A stretch of 37,618 nucleotides of DNA from NCBI GenBank assembly GCA_007133365.1, contig SLMV01000044.1:1-37618 (forward strand), given 5' to 3'. Shown piece after piece: positions 24,025 through 33,286 of this stretch. The notes under the pieces were generated by a model. It saw only the letters and a program-made list of their open reading frames with translations. It searched no databases and was not told the origin of the DNA. This DNA comes from Clostridia bacterium (GTDB lineage: Bacteria > Bacillota > Sulfobacillia > SLMV01). A program made the translations under genes and the position numbers. Every line of letters begins with the position of its first letter. Position 1 is the first letter of the stretch.

Positions 24025-26730
24025 CTATTCTTCCGGCGGGGCTATGCTCTCATGAAGTTCCTCGAGCACCTCTCCGAGTTCCTCCATCAACTGTCCGTAA
24101 CGGCTCCAGTCACCGATCCGAATGGCCTCCTGGGCCCGTCGATAAAGCGAATTGGCCTGTTCAACCAGTTCGATCTCCCCAATGGGCACGCCCGGTTCTG
24201 TTGGGTCGCGCTCGTCATCGGGTCGCATACCGAACAGCATTCGTATGGATTCTTCCAAGTTCAGGCCGATCGCCAAGCGATTGCCGTAGGCCACAACAAC
24301 CCGCCGAAGTTCCGGTATTTCCGCACCCTCCGCTTCCAAGTAAATGGGCTCGACATATAAAATGGAGTCCTCGATCGGCACCACTAGCATGCTCCCCCTC
24401 AAGACACGGGACCCGGCGCGACCCCAAAGGGAAAAGAGCTGCGACATCTCCGAGTCCTGATCAATCCGAGCCTCGATCTGGCGCGGCCCGAAAACCGTGC
24501 GCCCCTTGGGCATATTAAACACAAACAGCTCGCCGTAATTTTCGTAATCGCTCCGCCCGACCATCCAAGACACCATCACCTCACGCCCGGAGGGTGTATA
24601 CGGGATCATCAGGAGATATTCCAAGCCGGCATCCTCGCCCGGAAGTTCCATGAGGATGTAGTAGGGTTCCATGCGCTGGGAACCGCCCGCAAAGATCTCA
24701 TCGGACACCTCCCAAAGATCTTCCTTGTTGTAAAAGACCACCGGGTCCTGCATGTGGTAGGTCCGAAACATGTTCATTTGCACTTCGAAAAGGTCAAGCG
24801 GATAGCGCACATGCCGTTTAAGGTTCTCCGGCATTTCCTCCTCTGATTTGAAAAGATCCGGGAAGATCGCCATATAGGCCCGAATCATCGGGTCGTCGGG
24901 ATCGAAGACATAGAAGTCCACATCCCCGGAGTAAGCACAGGTTACAACTTTCACCGAATTACGGATGTAATTGACACCATCCTGGTAGGGTTCGGAGTAG
25001 GGGTAGCGGCTGGTCGCGGTATAAGCATCCTGAATCCACACCAATCGCCCTTCATGAATCACAACGTACGGATCTCCATCAAACGCCAAAAAGGGCGCAA
25101 GGTGACGGACCCGCTGGCGAATGTTCCGATGATACATCATCCGGGATTCGGGCTGAAGCGCACCGCTCAAAACGATGTTGTAATCGCCGAAACGAAGCGC
25201 AAACGCAACGCGTCGTCCGATCCCCTCCAACGGAACGCCCCCGTCACCATCATAATGAATGTACACACCCTGGTCGCCTTCGGGATAATGAAGTTCCGGC
25301 TCCAAACTGTTGGCAATCACATAATCATCGGTGATTTCGCCATAATAAATGGCCGGATTTTCGATCTCGAGGTCGATATCGCTTTGGGGCGGAATACCTT
25401 GAATCCACATCTGGGGAAGTCCCTCTTCGGTCACCCGGCTGGCCGGACTCATGACGACGCCATACCCATGGGTGTATTGCAACCGTTGGTTGACCCAAGT
25501 CTGAGCTCCGGGGATTTCCGAATGGTCGATCTCCCGCGCCGCCAAAAGAACCTGTCGATACTCGTCATTGATCATGTAACGATCGACGTCAACGTCCTGA
25601 AAACTATAATACGCGCGAATGCTTTCCAATTGCTGATAACTGGAAATGATCGGCCGCCAATCCCAGATGCGCAGATTGTCGATGGTCAACATGTTGCGAT
25701 CAAGGTCCTCCCAGGTCAATGTCTCCTGAGCCGGAAACTCCTGTTGTTTGACCTCATCGAGGCCGAAAGCCGCTCGGGTAAATTCGATATTGTGTTCAAT
25801 ATACGGCCGTTCCCGTGCGATTTCATTGGGGTCCACCACCAAGCGCTGAATCACAGCCGGGTAAGCGCCCCCAAGGCCAATCGAGCCGACCACCATCAGG
25901 ATCACCGCCGCATAGATCCAACGAAGATCGCGCGAACGCATAAACCATATCGTGGCCAATGCCGCTAGGAGCGATAACACCAACAAAATCCGAAGGGCCG
26001 GCAACTGGGCAAAGATATCGGTGTAGCTGGCGCCAAAGGCGACACCTCGGGTCGAGTAGAGGAGATTGAACGTCTGCAGCCAGTAGCCAAACCCCCGAAG
26101 CAAGAAGAACCCCGTCAAAAGTCCGCCGAGATGAAAGCGTGCACGGGGGTGGATGTTGAGCCGCCCCCCGAAGACATTGATCGAACCGGAGGCGAAATAG
26201 ATAAGGGCCATGCCTAAGAACAAGAACACCAAAACGAACGAAAGCGCGTTATACACTAGTTGGTACACCGGTAACGTAAAGACGTAGAAGGCCACTTCCT
26301 GGTTGAAAATGGGATCCGACACGCCAAACGGCGTTTGATGAATAAACCGCAAAATCGTCTCCCATTCGCCGGAGAACACCAGGCCCGCAAAAAGACCAAA
26401 GATGACCGAGACCCCGAGGAAGATGCGACCTAGGGTCTTAGGGCGAAAGAGCGCCTGTATCTCGCGTTCTTCGATCTGACCCGACACTTCCATCACGCTT
26501 GGTTTCGCGATGCGGAGGTTGATCCACAAGAGGGTTCCAAGGATGAGCGCAGCGCCCACCCCCAGGGCGACTCGCGCCCAAAGGCGCGTGAGGAAAACAC
26601 TGAGATACCCAAGTTCCGCAAACCACAGAACCTCCGTATAATAATATGCGATGGTGCTCGAGAGCAAAACGAGGGCTGCCACGATTCCCACAACCACCCA
26701 GATCATGCTCCGCTTTCGCTTTGACGTCAT
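24025..26730 (-). CDS. UPF0182 (COG1615) family large membrane protein, function unknown
   Basis: About 901 aa. Roughly 7 N-terminal TM helices are followed by a ~600-aa soluble region. The N-terminal YTEVLWFAELGYLSVF motif is typical of UPF0182. ATG 26730 has GGAGG about 7 nt upstream. Confidence 0.8.
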   Translation of the reverse strand: MTSKRKRSMIWVVVGIVAALVLLSSTIAYYYTEVLWFAELGYLSVFLTRLWARVALGVGAALILGTLLWINLRIAKPSVMEVSGQIEEREIQALFRPKTLGRIFLGVSVIFGLFAGLVFSGEWETILRFIHQTPFGVSDPIFNQEVAFYVFTLPVYQLVYNALSFVLVFLFLGMALIYFASGSINVFGGRLNIHPRARFHLGGLLTGFFLLRGFGYWLQTFNLLYSTRGVAFGASYTDIFAQLPALRILLVLSLLAALATIWFMRSRDLRWIYAAVILMVVGSIGLGGAYPAVIQRLVVDPNEIARERPYIEHNIEFTRAAFGLDEVKQQEFPAQETLTWEDLDRNMLTIDNLRIWDWRPIISSYQQLESIRAYYSFQDVDVDRYMINDEYRQVLLAAREIDHSEIPGAQTWVNQRLQYTHGYGVVMSPASRVTEEGLPQMWIQGIPPQSDIDLEIENPAIYYGEITDDYVIANSLEPELHYPEGDQGVYIHYDGDGGVPLEGIGRRVAFALRFGDYNIVLSGALQPESRMMYHRNIRQRVRHLAPFLAFDGDPYVVIHEGRLVWIQDAYTATSRYPYSEPYQDGVNYIRNSVKVVTCAYSGDVDFYVFDPDDPMIRAYMAIFPDLFKSEEEMPENLKRHVRYPLDLFEVQMNMFRTYHMQDPVVFYNKEDLWEVSDEIFAGGSQRMEPYYILMELPGEDAGLEYLLMIPYTPSGREVMVSWMVGRSDYENYGELFVFNMPKGRTVFGPRQIEARIDQDSEMSQLFSLWGRAGSRVLRGSMLVVPIEDSILYVEPIYLEAEGAEIPELRRVVVAYGNRLAIGLNLEESIRMLFGMRPDDERDPTEPGVPIGEIELVEQANSLYRRAQEAIRIGDWSRYGQLMEELGEVLEELHESIAPPEE

Positions 26731-26815
26731 CAAAAAACCTCCAATTTCGAAACAAGACGGATTCTGACAATTGTTCTGTTCTCAGTCTATCACGTTGACC
26801 GTCGCCTTTGGGGTT

Positions 26816-28117
26816 TCAGTCCAACATTCCCAATATTGCCGCGCGAAGATCCTGAATCAACAGCAAAAGGGTATCCCAGATCTGACGCCACCAACCGCCT
26901 CGCTCGATGGTCTCACCGGGGTAAAGCGGCCATCGATCAATGGTCATAACCTGGCCTTCCTCGATCTCCCACTGGACTTCGATGGATCCAATGACCGTAT
27001 CATCGGCCACCGGTGCCCGAAGATCCGGCTCCACCTCAAGTCGATATTCGAGTTGTCCGTGGGCATCCTTCGGGAGCGTCAGTTGGACGGTATCGCGCTC
27101 GGGCACCACATCAACGTATTGCTTTTGCCCCCGATAAACCCGCAACGGCTCCGGCATTTCCCCCGCCAGGGACAGTTCAAGCGGCGCAAAGTGCTCAAAG
27201 GCCCAGTCTAATAGGCTCAAGGCCTCTTGTTCTCGCCGCTGCATGCCCGCATCATAATTAAATTCATCCTCATCCAAGCGCACCCCCATGATCACCGCTC
27301 CAAAGAATTGGTCGCCATCGCGGGCGGTGGCCACCAGGTGAAAGCCAGAGTCATTCGTATAGCCCGTCTTGAGGCCGATCACCCGGGGGTCTTGGAAAAC
27401 GAGGCGATTGTAATTCTCGTGGGGTTCTTCCAACCCGTAGGTGAACGTTTCTTGTTTGGTGAAATCTTCCGCCTCCGGAAACGTCATGGTGAAATACCGC
27501 GCCAGTTTGGCCATATCATACGCGGTTGTGACCTGGCCATCGGCGGTCAAGCCGTGAGAATTCTTAAAAACCGTGTCGTCGAGGCCGAGACGAGACGCCA
27601 GTTCATTCATCTTGCTGACAAAGGCATCCTCGGATCCTGCTACATGTTCGGCCGCAGCGATGGAGGCATCGTTCCCCGAGGCGACGCTGATGCCCTGGAT
27701 GATCTTTTCGAGCGGGATCTCTTCGCCCACCTCGATCCACATCAGCGACTCCCCCGCTTGAAAATTGGCGGCCCAGGCATTTTCGCTCACTTCGACCGGC
27801 TCGTCCATCGACAGATCACCGGCAGACAATCCCTCAAACAATAAGGCGAGGGTGGCCACTTTGACCAAGGAGGCCGGTCCCATCGGTTCCCGAGGATTCT
27901 TTTCGAACAATACCGCACCGGTGTGAAGGTCAAACACCAGCGCCGATTGCGCCTTCAAAAGGTCCCCATCCACATCATAAGGGGGAAACGCTCGCTCGTG
28001 GAGGTCCTGATACCCGGATGCAGCGGCGCCCCCCGAAGTCAAAACCAAAGAAAAGAGCAACAACCCCAAAACCCAACGCATCGTTCGAAAACCCTGCCAT
28101 GGCCCAAATACCCTCAC
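26816..28117 (-). CDS. D-alanyl-D-alanine carboxypeptidase (serine peptidase S11, PBP5-like)
   Basis: Signal peptide (RWVLGLLLFSLVLTSGGAAA), SxxK (PASLVKVAT), SxN (SGNDAS), KTG (LKTGYT) and a C-terminal PBP5-type beta domain. GTG 28117 has AAGGAG 6 nt upstream. Confidence 0.85.
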   Translation of the reverse strand: MRVFGPWQGFRTMRWVLGLLLFSLVLTSGGAAASGYQDLHERAFPPYDVDGDLLKAQSALVFDLHTGAVLFEKNPREPMGPASLVKVATLALLFEGLSAGDLSMDEPVEVSENAWAANFQAGESLMWIEVGEEIPLEKIIQGISVASGNDASIAAAEHVAGSEDAFVSKMNELASRLGLDDTVFKNSHGLTADGQVTTAYDMAKLARYFTMTFPEAEDFTKQETFTYGLEEPHENYNRLVFQDPRVIGLKTGYTNDSGFHLVATARDGDQFFGAVIMGVRLDEDEFNYDAGMQRREQEALSLLDWAFEHFAPLELSLAGEMPEPLRVYRGQKQYVDVVPERDTVQLTLPKDAHGQLEYRLEVEPDLRAPVADDTVIGSIEVQWEIEEGQVMTIDRWPLYPGETIERGGWWRQIWDTLLLLIQDLRAAILGMLD

Positions 28118-28157
28118 CGTGATCTCCTTTCAGTCTAAAAGCGCGTAATAAACGTGC

Positions 28158-29096
28158 TCAGCCCTCGCGGCGCGACAGCGCTGCGGACATGCAGTGAATC
28201 GCACCCCAACCCTTTTGCAATTCCGATACATCCAGGGCAATTATCTCGATTCCCGCCTTGCTCATTTGCTCTTCGGCAATCGGGTTTCCGGCCGGCATGA
28301 CAACCTTTCCAGGCGATAGGCACACAAAATTGGTGGCCATTCCTCGTTTGGCCTCGTGCGGGGATGTCACCTCGATGAGTTGGAACCCCCGCTTTCGAAG
28401 CGTGTTGATTACCTCAAAGGGCGTCTGCCACGGAAAGAAAACCGCCTTATCCCAATCCGCCAGATTAAAAAGCCCGTCGATGTGCGCTTGACCATAGGGG
28501 ATTTGAAAGTACAGCACCTCATCGACCCCCATCGTCCGAAGCACTTCTTCCACTTGCCGAAGCCCCTCCCGGTTGCTGCGGTTGCCGACACCGAGGATGA
28601 CCGTCCGGCGATCCACCCACATTAGATCAGCTCCTTCGAAAACACCACAGCCGCTGATGGTTCGAATGATGGGAATTCCCAGACGGGCCAAGGTCTCCGC
28701 CACAAATCGCTCTTCACCGCGGCGCGCCGGGATGGCGGGTCGACCTACGATGGCGCCTTCCGGCGTCATGGCCACACAGTCACGGACAAACAACGCATTG
28801 GCCCGATCATCGGGCATCCGCTCAACGTAATGAACTGTTGCCCCATGATCGCGGTAGATGGTCGCCAACCGATCGTGCTGCTCGCGCGCTAAGGTAGCGT
28901 CCATTCGATCCAGCCATCGCACCGTCTGCGGATCGGAAATGGCTTCGATTTCAGGGCCGGGCCGCCGAAGCAAAATGGATGCCAACTCCCCCACTTCCGA
29001 TGCCACGCCCCATTCGCCCCAATATTGGGGTAACTCGTCTTCAAAAGCCGATTCAACGGCGAACCAACGTTCACCGGTACTTACCAAATCATTCAC
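28158..29096 (-). CDS. Guanidino-group-modifying enzyme superfamily protein (DDAH / amidinotransferase / arginine-deiminase-like fold)
   Basis: 312-aa ORF. FVRDCVAMTPEGAIV, FEGADLMWVDRRTVILGVGNRSN and the C-terminal catalytic-Cys context GWGAIHCMS are typical of PF02274-type hydrolases/transferases. GTG 29096 overlaps the aminotransferase stop by 8 nt (GGGAGGAAG upstream). Confidence 0.7.
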   Translation of the reverse strand: MNDLVSTGERWFAVESAFEDELPQYWGEWGVASEVGELASILLRRPGPEIEAISDPQTVRWLDRMDATLAREQHDRLATIYRDHGATVHYVERMPDDRANALFVRDCVAMTPEGAIVGRPAIPARRGEERFVAETLARLGIPIIRTISGCGVFEGADLMWVDRRTVILGVGNRSNREGLRQVEEVLRTMGVDEVLYFQIPYGQAHIDGLFNLADWDKAVFFPWQTPFEVINTLRKRGFQLIEVTSPHEAKRGMATNFVCLSPGKVVMPAGNPIAEEQMSKAGIEIIALDVSELQKGWGAIHCMSAALSRREG

Positions 29097-30315
29097 ACGT
29101 CTTCCTCCCTGTCAAGTGTCGTTTGATCACGCGCGCCATCCGGCGTATACCCGCTCGAATGTCGTCGGGTTCGGGATAGCTATACGAGATGCGAAAACAG
29201 TTTTGGCCTCGCCCATCGGGGAAAAATTGCCCCCCGGTCAGCGGTTTGACTCCTTCTTGGATCATTTCGGGTAACAACGTTTCGGCCCGAAGGGTCTCGG
29301 GTAACGTCAGCCACAAAAAATATCCCCCCAGCGGATGACTCCACGTGCATTTTGACGGCATTTCGGCATCGAGCGCCTCCAGGGCGGCATCACGGCGGCG
29401 GCGATAACCCGCACGGAGCCAATCGAGTCGCTTCGGCACATCGAGTTGTCGCCAGCATTCGCCAACTACGGCTCGAGACAATTGATTGGTGCCGCCGTCG
29501 GCTTTGTGGATTTCCATCCGGCGAATCAGCCATTCGGGGCCCACGGCCCAGCCCAAGCGCACGCCGGGGGCCAGGATTTTTGACATGGAGCCCACATGCA
29601 CCACCCGATCCGCCGTATCAAGGGCGCGCAACGTAGGCGAGGCCTCACCCTCAAAGCGAAGTTCTCCGTAGGCATCGTCTTCGAGGATCAAAAACCCATA
29701 TTGGCGGGCCAGGTCCAAGACCGCCTGACGTCGCGCCGTGCTCATGGAGACCCCGGTGGGGTTATTGAAATTCGGAATGGCGTAAAACAGCTTCGGCCCC
29801 GCTTTTCCCGCTTTGGCCCACGCTTCTAGGCGCTCGGCCATGGCCTCCACCCTCACACCGTCTTCATCAAGGTCGACGGCCACGACATCCGCCCCATAAT
29901 TTCGAAATAGGGTGAGGGCACCCATGTAGGTCGGGCCCTCCACCAACACCTTGTCCCCGATATCGAGCAAAACGTTACAAATGAGCTGGATCGCCTGGGC
30001 CGACCCACTGGTGATAATGGTAGTGGTCGGATCCGTCGGCATATCCCGTTCTCGGGAGCGCGCCATCACCTGCTCGCTAAAGGATTCCGCACAGCTCCCT
30101 CCTTTATATCCTAATGCGTCCGCCCCGTCCAATCGCAACGCATCCTGGGCTGCCTGCGCCATCGCTTCGAGAGGGTAGGAGTCCGGAAACGGATAACCAT
30201 AATGAAACGGAATGGCCGGCACGGGATCCGGCGACAATTGTCCCAGGACGCCCTCGACTCCCCTCCGTTTGGCTCTAAGTGACAAAAGATCGCGATCTTC
30301 AGCCTTCATGCGCAT
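29089..30315 (-). CDS. PLP-dependent aminotransferase, class I/II fold (ARO8/LysN-like)
   Basis: 408-aa ORF. ITSGSAQAIQLICNVLLDIGDKVLVEGPTY, PNFNNPTG, and SMSKILAPGVRLGW with the PLP lysine. A GGAGGAAGGGAAGG SD lies upstream. Confidence 0.85.
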   Translation of the reverse strand: MRMKAEDRDLLSLRAKRRGVEGVLGQLSPDPVPAIPFHYGYPFPDSYPLEAMAQAAQDALRLDGADALGYKGGSCAESFSEQVMARSRERDMPTDPTTTIITSGSAQAIQLICNVLLDIGDKVLVEGPTYMGALTLFRNYGADVVAVDLDEDGVRVEAMAERLEAWAKAGKAGPKLFYAIPNFNNPTGVSMSTARRQAVLDLARQYGFLILEDDAYGELRFEGEASPTLRALDTADRVVHVGSMSKILAPGVRLGWAVGPEWLIRRMEIHKADGGTNQLSRAVVGECWRQLDVPKRLDWLRAGYRRRRDAALEALDAEMPSKCTWSHPLGGYFLWLTLPETLRAETLLPEMIQEGVKPLTGGQFFPDGRGQNCFRISYSYPEPDDIRAGIRRMARVIKRHLTGRKTCE

Positions 30316-30330
30316 CCTTCCCTTCCTCCA

Positions 30331-31923
30331 CTAAAAACGAACCGGCAGTTCCAGCAACGTCGGCCCCTTCGCCGAAAACCCTTCCGCCAATTTGGCCTTT
30401 AGTTCCTCGGTTGTCTCCACCCGCTCGGCGCGCATACCAAATGCCTTTGCCAGCGCGACCATATCCGGATTGACGATGTCGGTGCCGTAAGTTCGACCAT
30501 AGCGTCGCTTTTGGGTCTGGGCCACCACACCGTAGCACTCGTTATTCAATATCAGCACCACCAACGGCAGGTCGTATTTGACCGCGGTGGCCAATTCATT
30601 ACAACTAAATAGGAAGCCGCCGTCACCGTTGATGGAGATAACGCGGCGATCCGGCCGACCCAGCTGCGCACCGATCGCGGCCGGAAGCGCCCACCCCAAG
30701 GTGCCAAATCCTTGCGGGAACAAGTACGTACGGGGGCAATAGACCGGGAAGTTGGGGCCGGCCCGATAACTCAACATGGTCATATCCCCGACGAAGATGT
30801 CCTCCGGGCGGAGTGCTTCTCGAAGGACATCCAATATCGCCCAAATCATCGGATCCCCCGAGGCCCGCTGTTCTTTTATGAAGTCCTCCTTCAACCGGGT
30901 CGCTCGATCCAAATACTCCGGCCGGCGGCTGATCGAATGATTGCCCAGCCGTTTCAGCACCGCCTCCACAAACGGCTTGACATCACTCGGTATCATCAAG
31001 CGAGGCACATACCCCAGGCGAACCGGTTCGTTGACCCGGTCGACCCGGATGAGCGTCTCGGGAAAGGGCATCGTCCCCTTGTCCGTGTCAATTGCGCTCA
31101 GTTCGCTGCCCAGCACCAACACCAAATCGGTCGATGCGAGGACGTCTTTAAAGCCATCGGCGCGCACCCAATTGCCCAGTGCGAGAGGATCGTCCTCCGG
31201 AATCACCCCTTTCCCCGCCACGGTCGTTACCACCGGTGCCTGAAGACGATGGGCCAGCGCCTTCACATCCGCGCCCAGAGCACCCCCACCTGCCCAGATC
31301 AGCGGACGCTCGGCCGCTTTCAATAACGCTTCGGCCTGCTCGACTGCCGTCGCACTCGGCGCCGTCGGCGCCTGGAGCTCCGGTCGCTCGACCGTCATCG
31401 TAACGCTCGCCTCTAATACATCGAGGGGAATCTCCAAATGCACCGGACGCGGACGCTGCGTACGGAGAAAGCGCACCGCATCAAAAATGGCCTGGGGGAT
31501 ATCCTCGGGCCGTTCCACCCGACGGTTCCAAGCGGTGCAGCCCGCGGTGACCGACAGTTGATCTTTCAATTGATGTAACGCCCCCACATCGCGATCCACC
31601 ACCGCCGTTTCGTTTTGACTCGAAATCAAAAGCACCGGCGAAGAATCGGAAAAGGCCTGTCCCAACGGCGTCGTCGCGTTGGTGACGCCAGGCCCCGTGA
31701 TCACCAGCGCCACGCCGATGTCGCCTGTGGCACGCGCATAACCATCGGCCATGAAACCGGCACCCCCCTCGTGGCGGGTCACAACATGCTGGATCTCGCC
31801 CGATCGATGGTAAAGGGCGTCATAAATCTCCAAGGTATGGACACCGGGTATCCCAAAAACGTCTTTTACGCCCATCTGAATCAGGGCTTCGACCACCAAT
31901 TGTCCTCCGGTCATCACTCCCAA
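30331..31923 (-). CDS. Thiamine-diphosphate-dependent enzyme, acetolactate-synthase-large-subunit-like (possible 2-oxoacid decarboxylase)
   Basis: 530-aa ORF. N-terminal Pyr domain GGQLVVEALIQMGVKDVFGIPG, and C-terminal TPP motif INGDGGFLFSCNELATAVKYDLPLVVLILNNECYG. No ALS small-subunit gene is adjacent. TTG 31923 has AAGGAG 9 nt upstream. ATG 31914 is an alternative. Confidence 0.85.
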   Translation of the reverse strand: MGVMTGGQLVVEALIQMGVKDVFGIPGVHTLEIYDALYHRSGEIQHVVTRHEGGAGFMADGYARATGDIGVALVITGPGVTNATTPLGQAFSDSSPVLLISSQNETAVVDRDVGALHQLKDQLSVTAGCTAWNRRVERPEDIPQAIFDAVRFLRTQRPRPVHLEIPLDVLEASVTMTVERPELQAPTAPSATAVEQAEALLKAAERPLIWAGGGALGADVKALAHRLQAPVVTTVAGKGVIPEDDPLALGNWVRADGFKDVLASTDLVLVLGSELSAIDTDKGTMPFPETLIRVDRVNEPVRLGYVPRLMIPSDVKPFVEAVLKRLGNHSISRRPEYLDRATRLKEDFIKEQRASGDPMIWAILDVLREALRPEDIFVGDMTMLSYRAGPNFPVYCPRTYLFPQGFGTLGWALPAAIGAQLGRPDRRVISINGDGGFLFSCNELATAVKYDLPLVVLILNNECYGVVAQTQKRRYGRTYGTDIVNPDMVALAKAFGMRAERVETTEELKAKLAEGFSAKGPTLLELPVRF

Positions 31924-31938
31924 TACCAGCAGCTCCTT

Positions 31939-32022
31939 TCAGTATCTGGCGCTGTTTTCATCCGCCGCGACAAAAACGAACAAAGAGGCCACAATGATGA
32001 CGATCACTGCAGCCCCTCCCAT
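31939..32022 (-). CDS. Candidate 27-aa hydrophobic mini-protein (MGGAAVIVIIVASLFVFVAADENSARY)
   Basis: An ATG-to-TGA ORF fills the gap between the URO-D-like and TPP-enzyme genes. AGGTG lies 9 nt upstream. It has one predicted TM helix plus a short polar tail. Its stop lies immediately before the SD of the next gene. There is no homology evidence. Confidence 0.25.
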   Translation of the reverse strand: MGGAAVIVIIVASLFVFVAADENSARY

Positions 32023-32048
32023 TTGCCACCGCACCTATCACTCGCGCT

Positions 32049-33092
32049 TCACCCGCTGGATTCGCTCAACTCCCTTAACGTGGTGACGAGAGCCCGCAAG
32101 TTTTCGCTCGGGGTGTCCAAGTTAATCGGACCCCCAGGGGATAAAATCAGTCCCCGTCCTTCCACTTGGCTGATCGCGTCTCCAATCTGAAGCGCCACGG
32201 CCGCCGGCGTCTCCCGATGCATGGTATCCGCCTCATTGAGACCGCCCATCAGCACCGTGTTGGTTTTCATCCGGGCATCCCGGAGACTGGGCTTGACCCA
32301 GCGATCATGCCAACTCAACACATCGACCGGATAATCCAAGACCTCGTCATAGAGCAGTTCGTTTCCGTGAAGGTGCAAAATGAGAAGTTTTTCCATCGCA
32401 CTCATCGATCGTAACAGCGAAAGATCCTTGGCCATCGCTGAGACGGCAAACTCGTGATCCGAAAAAAGATCCGAAGACGTAAAATGGGAAATGTAATACA
32501 CCCCATCAATCCATTTTCGGCATTGCTCAATCAACTGCTCAATACCTTGTGTGATGACCGCCAAGGCCCCGAGGAAATTCGGATCATAGCCGTTGTCTTC
32601 TTTCGGCTCGAGATCACCCACAAGCCGTTCCCCCCTTAGAAAATGGGCGGTGGTGAGGGGGCCGTAAACCGTCAGGATGATCGGAACATCTTCCGGCAGA
32701 TTCCGTTTAATGATCCGAACGCTTTGCGCAATGTGTTCATAGGCCGACTCGCACCGGATCGGGTTGAGCTGGGGCCACTTTTTGGTATCTTCGAGCGGGC
32801 GCTCCGACGTGATGGGAAAGCCATAATCATTGCGATCCGACGACGGGGCGAACCCCCACGGGATGGCCGCATACCCGAACTGCGGCCGGACCACCAACAA
32901 ATCGAATCCATACCGCATTTGAAACGCCAGGTGCGCGCGGGCAATGGAATCGGCACTTTGTTCAAAACCCGGGAAGTGCCGCCAAGCGGTGATCGGAAGC
33001 CGATCCACCTTCTGATGTAACAACGTCCCCCGAACACGCTCCCATGCCGGCCCGGACCCGCCCCAGTTCGCCACATCAAACCGGACATTCAC
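32049..33092 (-). CDS. Uroporphyrinogen-decarboxylase (URO-D/MtaA) family protein
   Basis: 347-aa ORF. N-terminal VDRLPITAWRHF and C-terminal GRGLILSPGGPINLDTPSENLRALV match the URO-D/methylcobamide methyltransferase family pattern. GTG 33092 has AGAGGAGA 8 nt upstream. Confidence 0.65.
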   Translation of the reverse strand: MNVRFDVANWGGSGPAWERVRGTLLHQKVDRLPITAWRHFPGFEQSADSIARAHLAFQMRYGFDLLVVRPQFGYAAIPWGFAPSSDRNDYGFPITSERPLEDTKKWPQLNPIRCESAYEHIAQSVRIIKRNLPEDVPIILTVYGPLTTAHFLRGERLVGDLEPKEDNGYDPNFLGALAVITQGIEQLIEQCRKWIDGVYYISHFTSSDLFSDHEFAVSAMAKDLSLLRSMSAMEKLLILHLHGNELLYDEVLDYPVDVLSWHDRWVKPSLRDARMKTNTVLMGGLNEADTMHRETPAAVALQIGDAISQVEGRGLILSPGGPINLDTPSENLRALVTTLRELSESSG

Positions 33093-33190
33093 AGGCTATG
33101 TCTCCTCTCTCCGATGCGGCTCGACGCCACGCCATCTTCGATTTTGAAGACGGTGAGCCTCGACCGCTCCTTAGTACCGTAATTGTCATG

Positions 33191-33222
33191 AGTTTTCTTC
33201 TTCACAAGTTTTCTTCTTCACA
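33191..33222. repeat. Exact tandem duplication of a 16-nt unit (agttttcttcttcaca x2)
   Basis: Read directly: 33191-33206 and 33207-33222 are identical, followed by a partial third start (caagtt). It lies in the 194-nt gap between the D-aminoacylase and URO-D-like genes. Confidence 0.95.
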
Positions 33223-33286
33223 CAAGTTAATCAATTTCGACAAGCGCATCCCGCCTCCTGCTGCTTGCGGCGAAATCCGCCCGGAT

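Noticed and set aside
25054-25968. 304-aa ORF on the + strand.
   Set aside because: It lies entirely antisense within the UPF0182 gene, has no recognisable motifs and has a shadow-frame composition. The same reasoning applies to 22986-23537, 27227-27844, 30712-31326, 31615-32190, 33044-33754, 34148-34621 and the many 60-170-aa ORFs inside confidently called genes.
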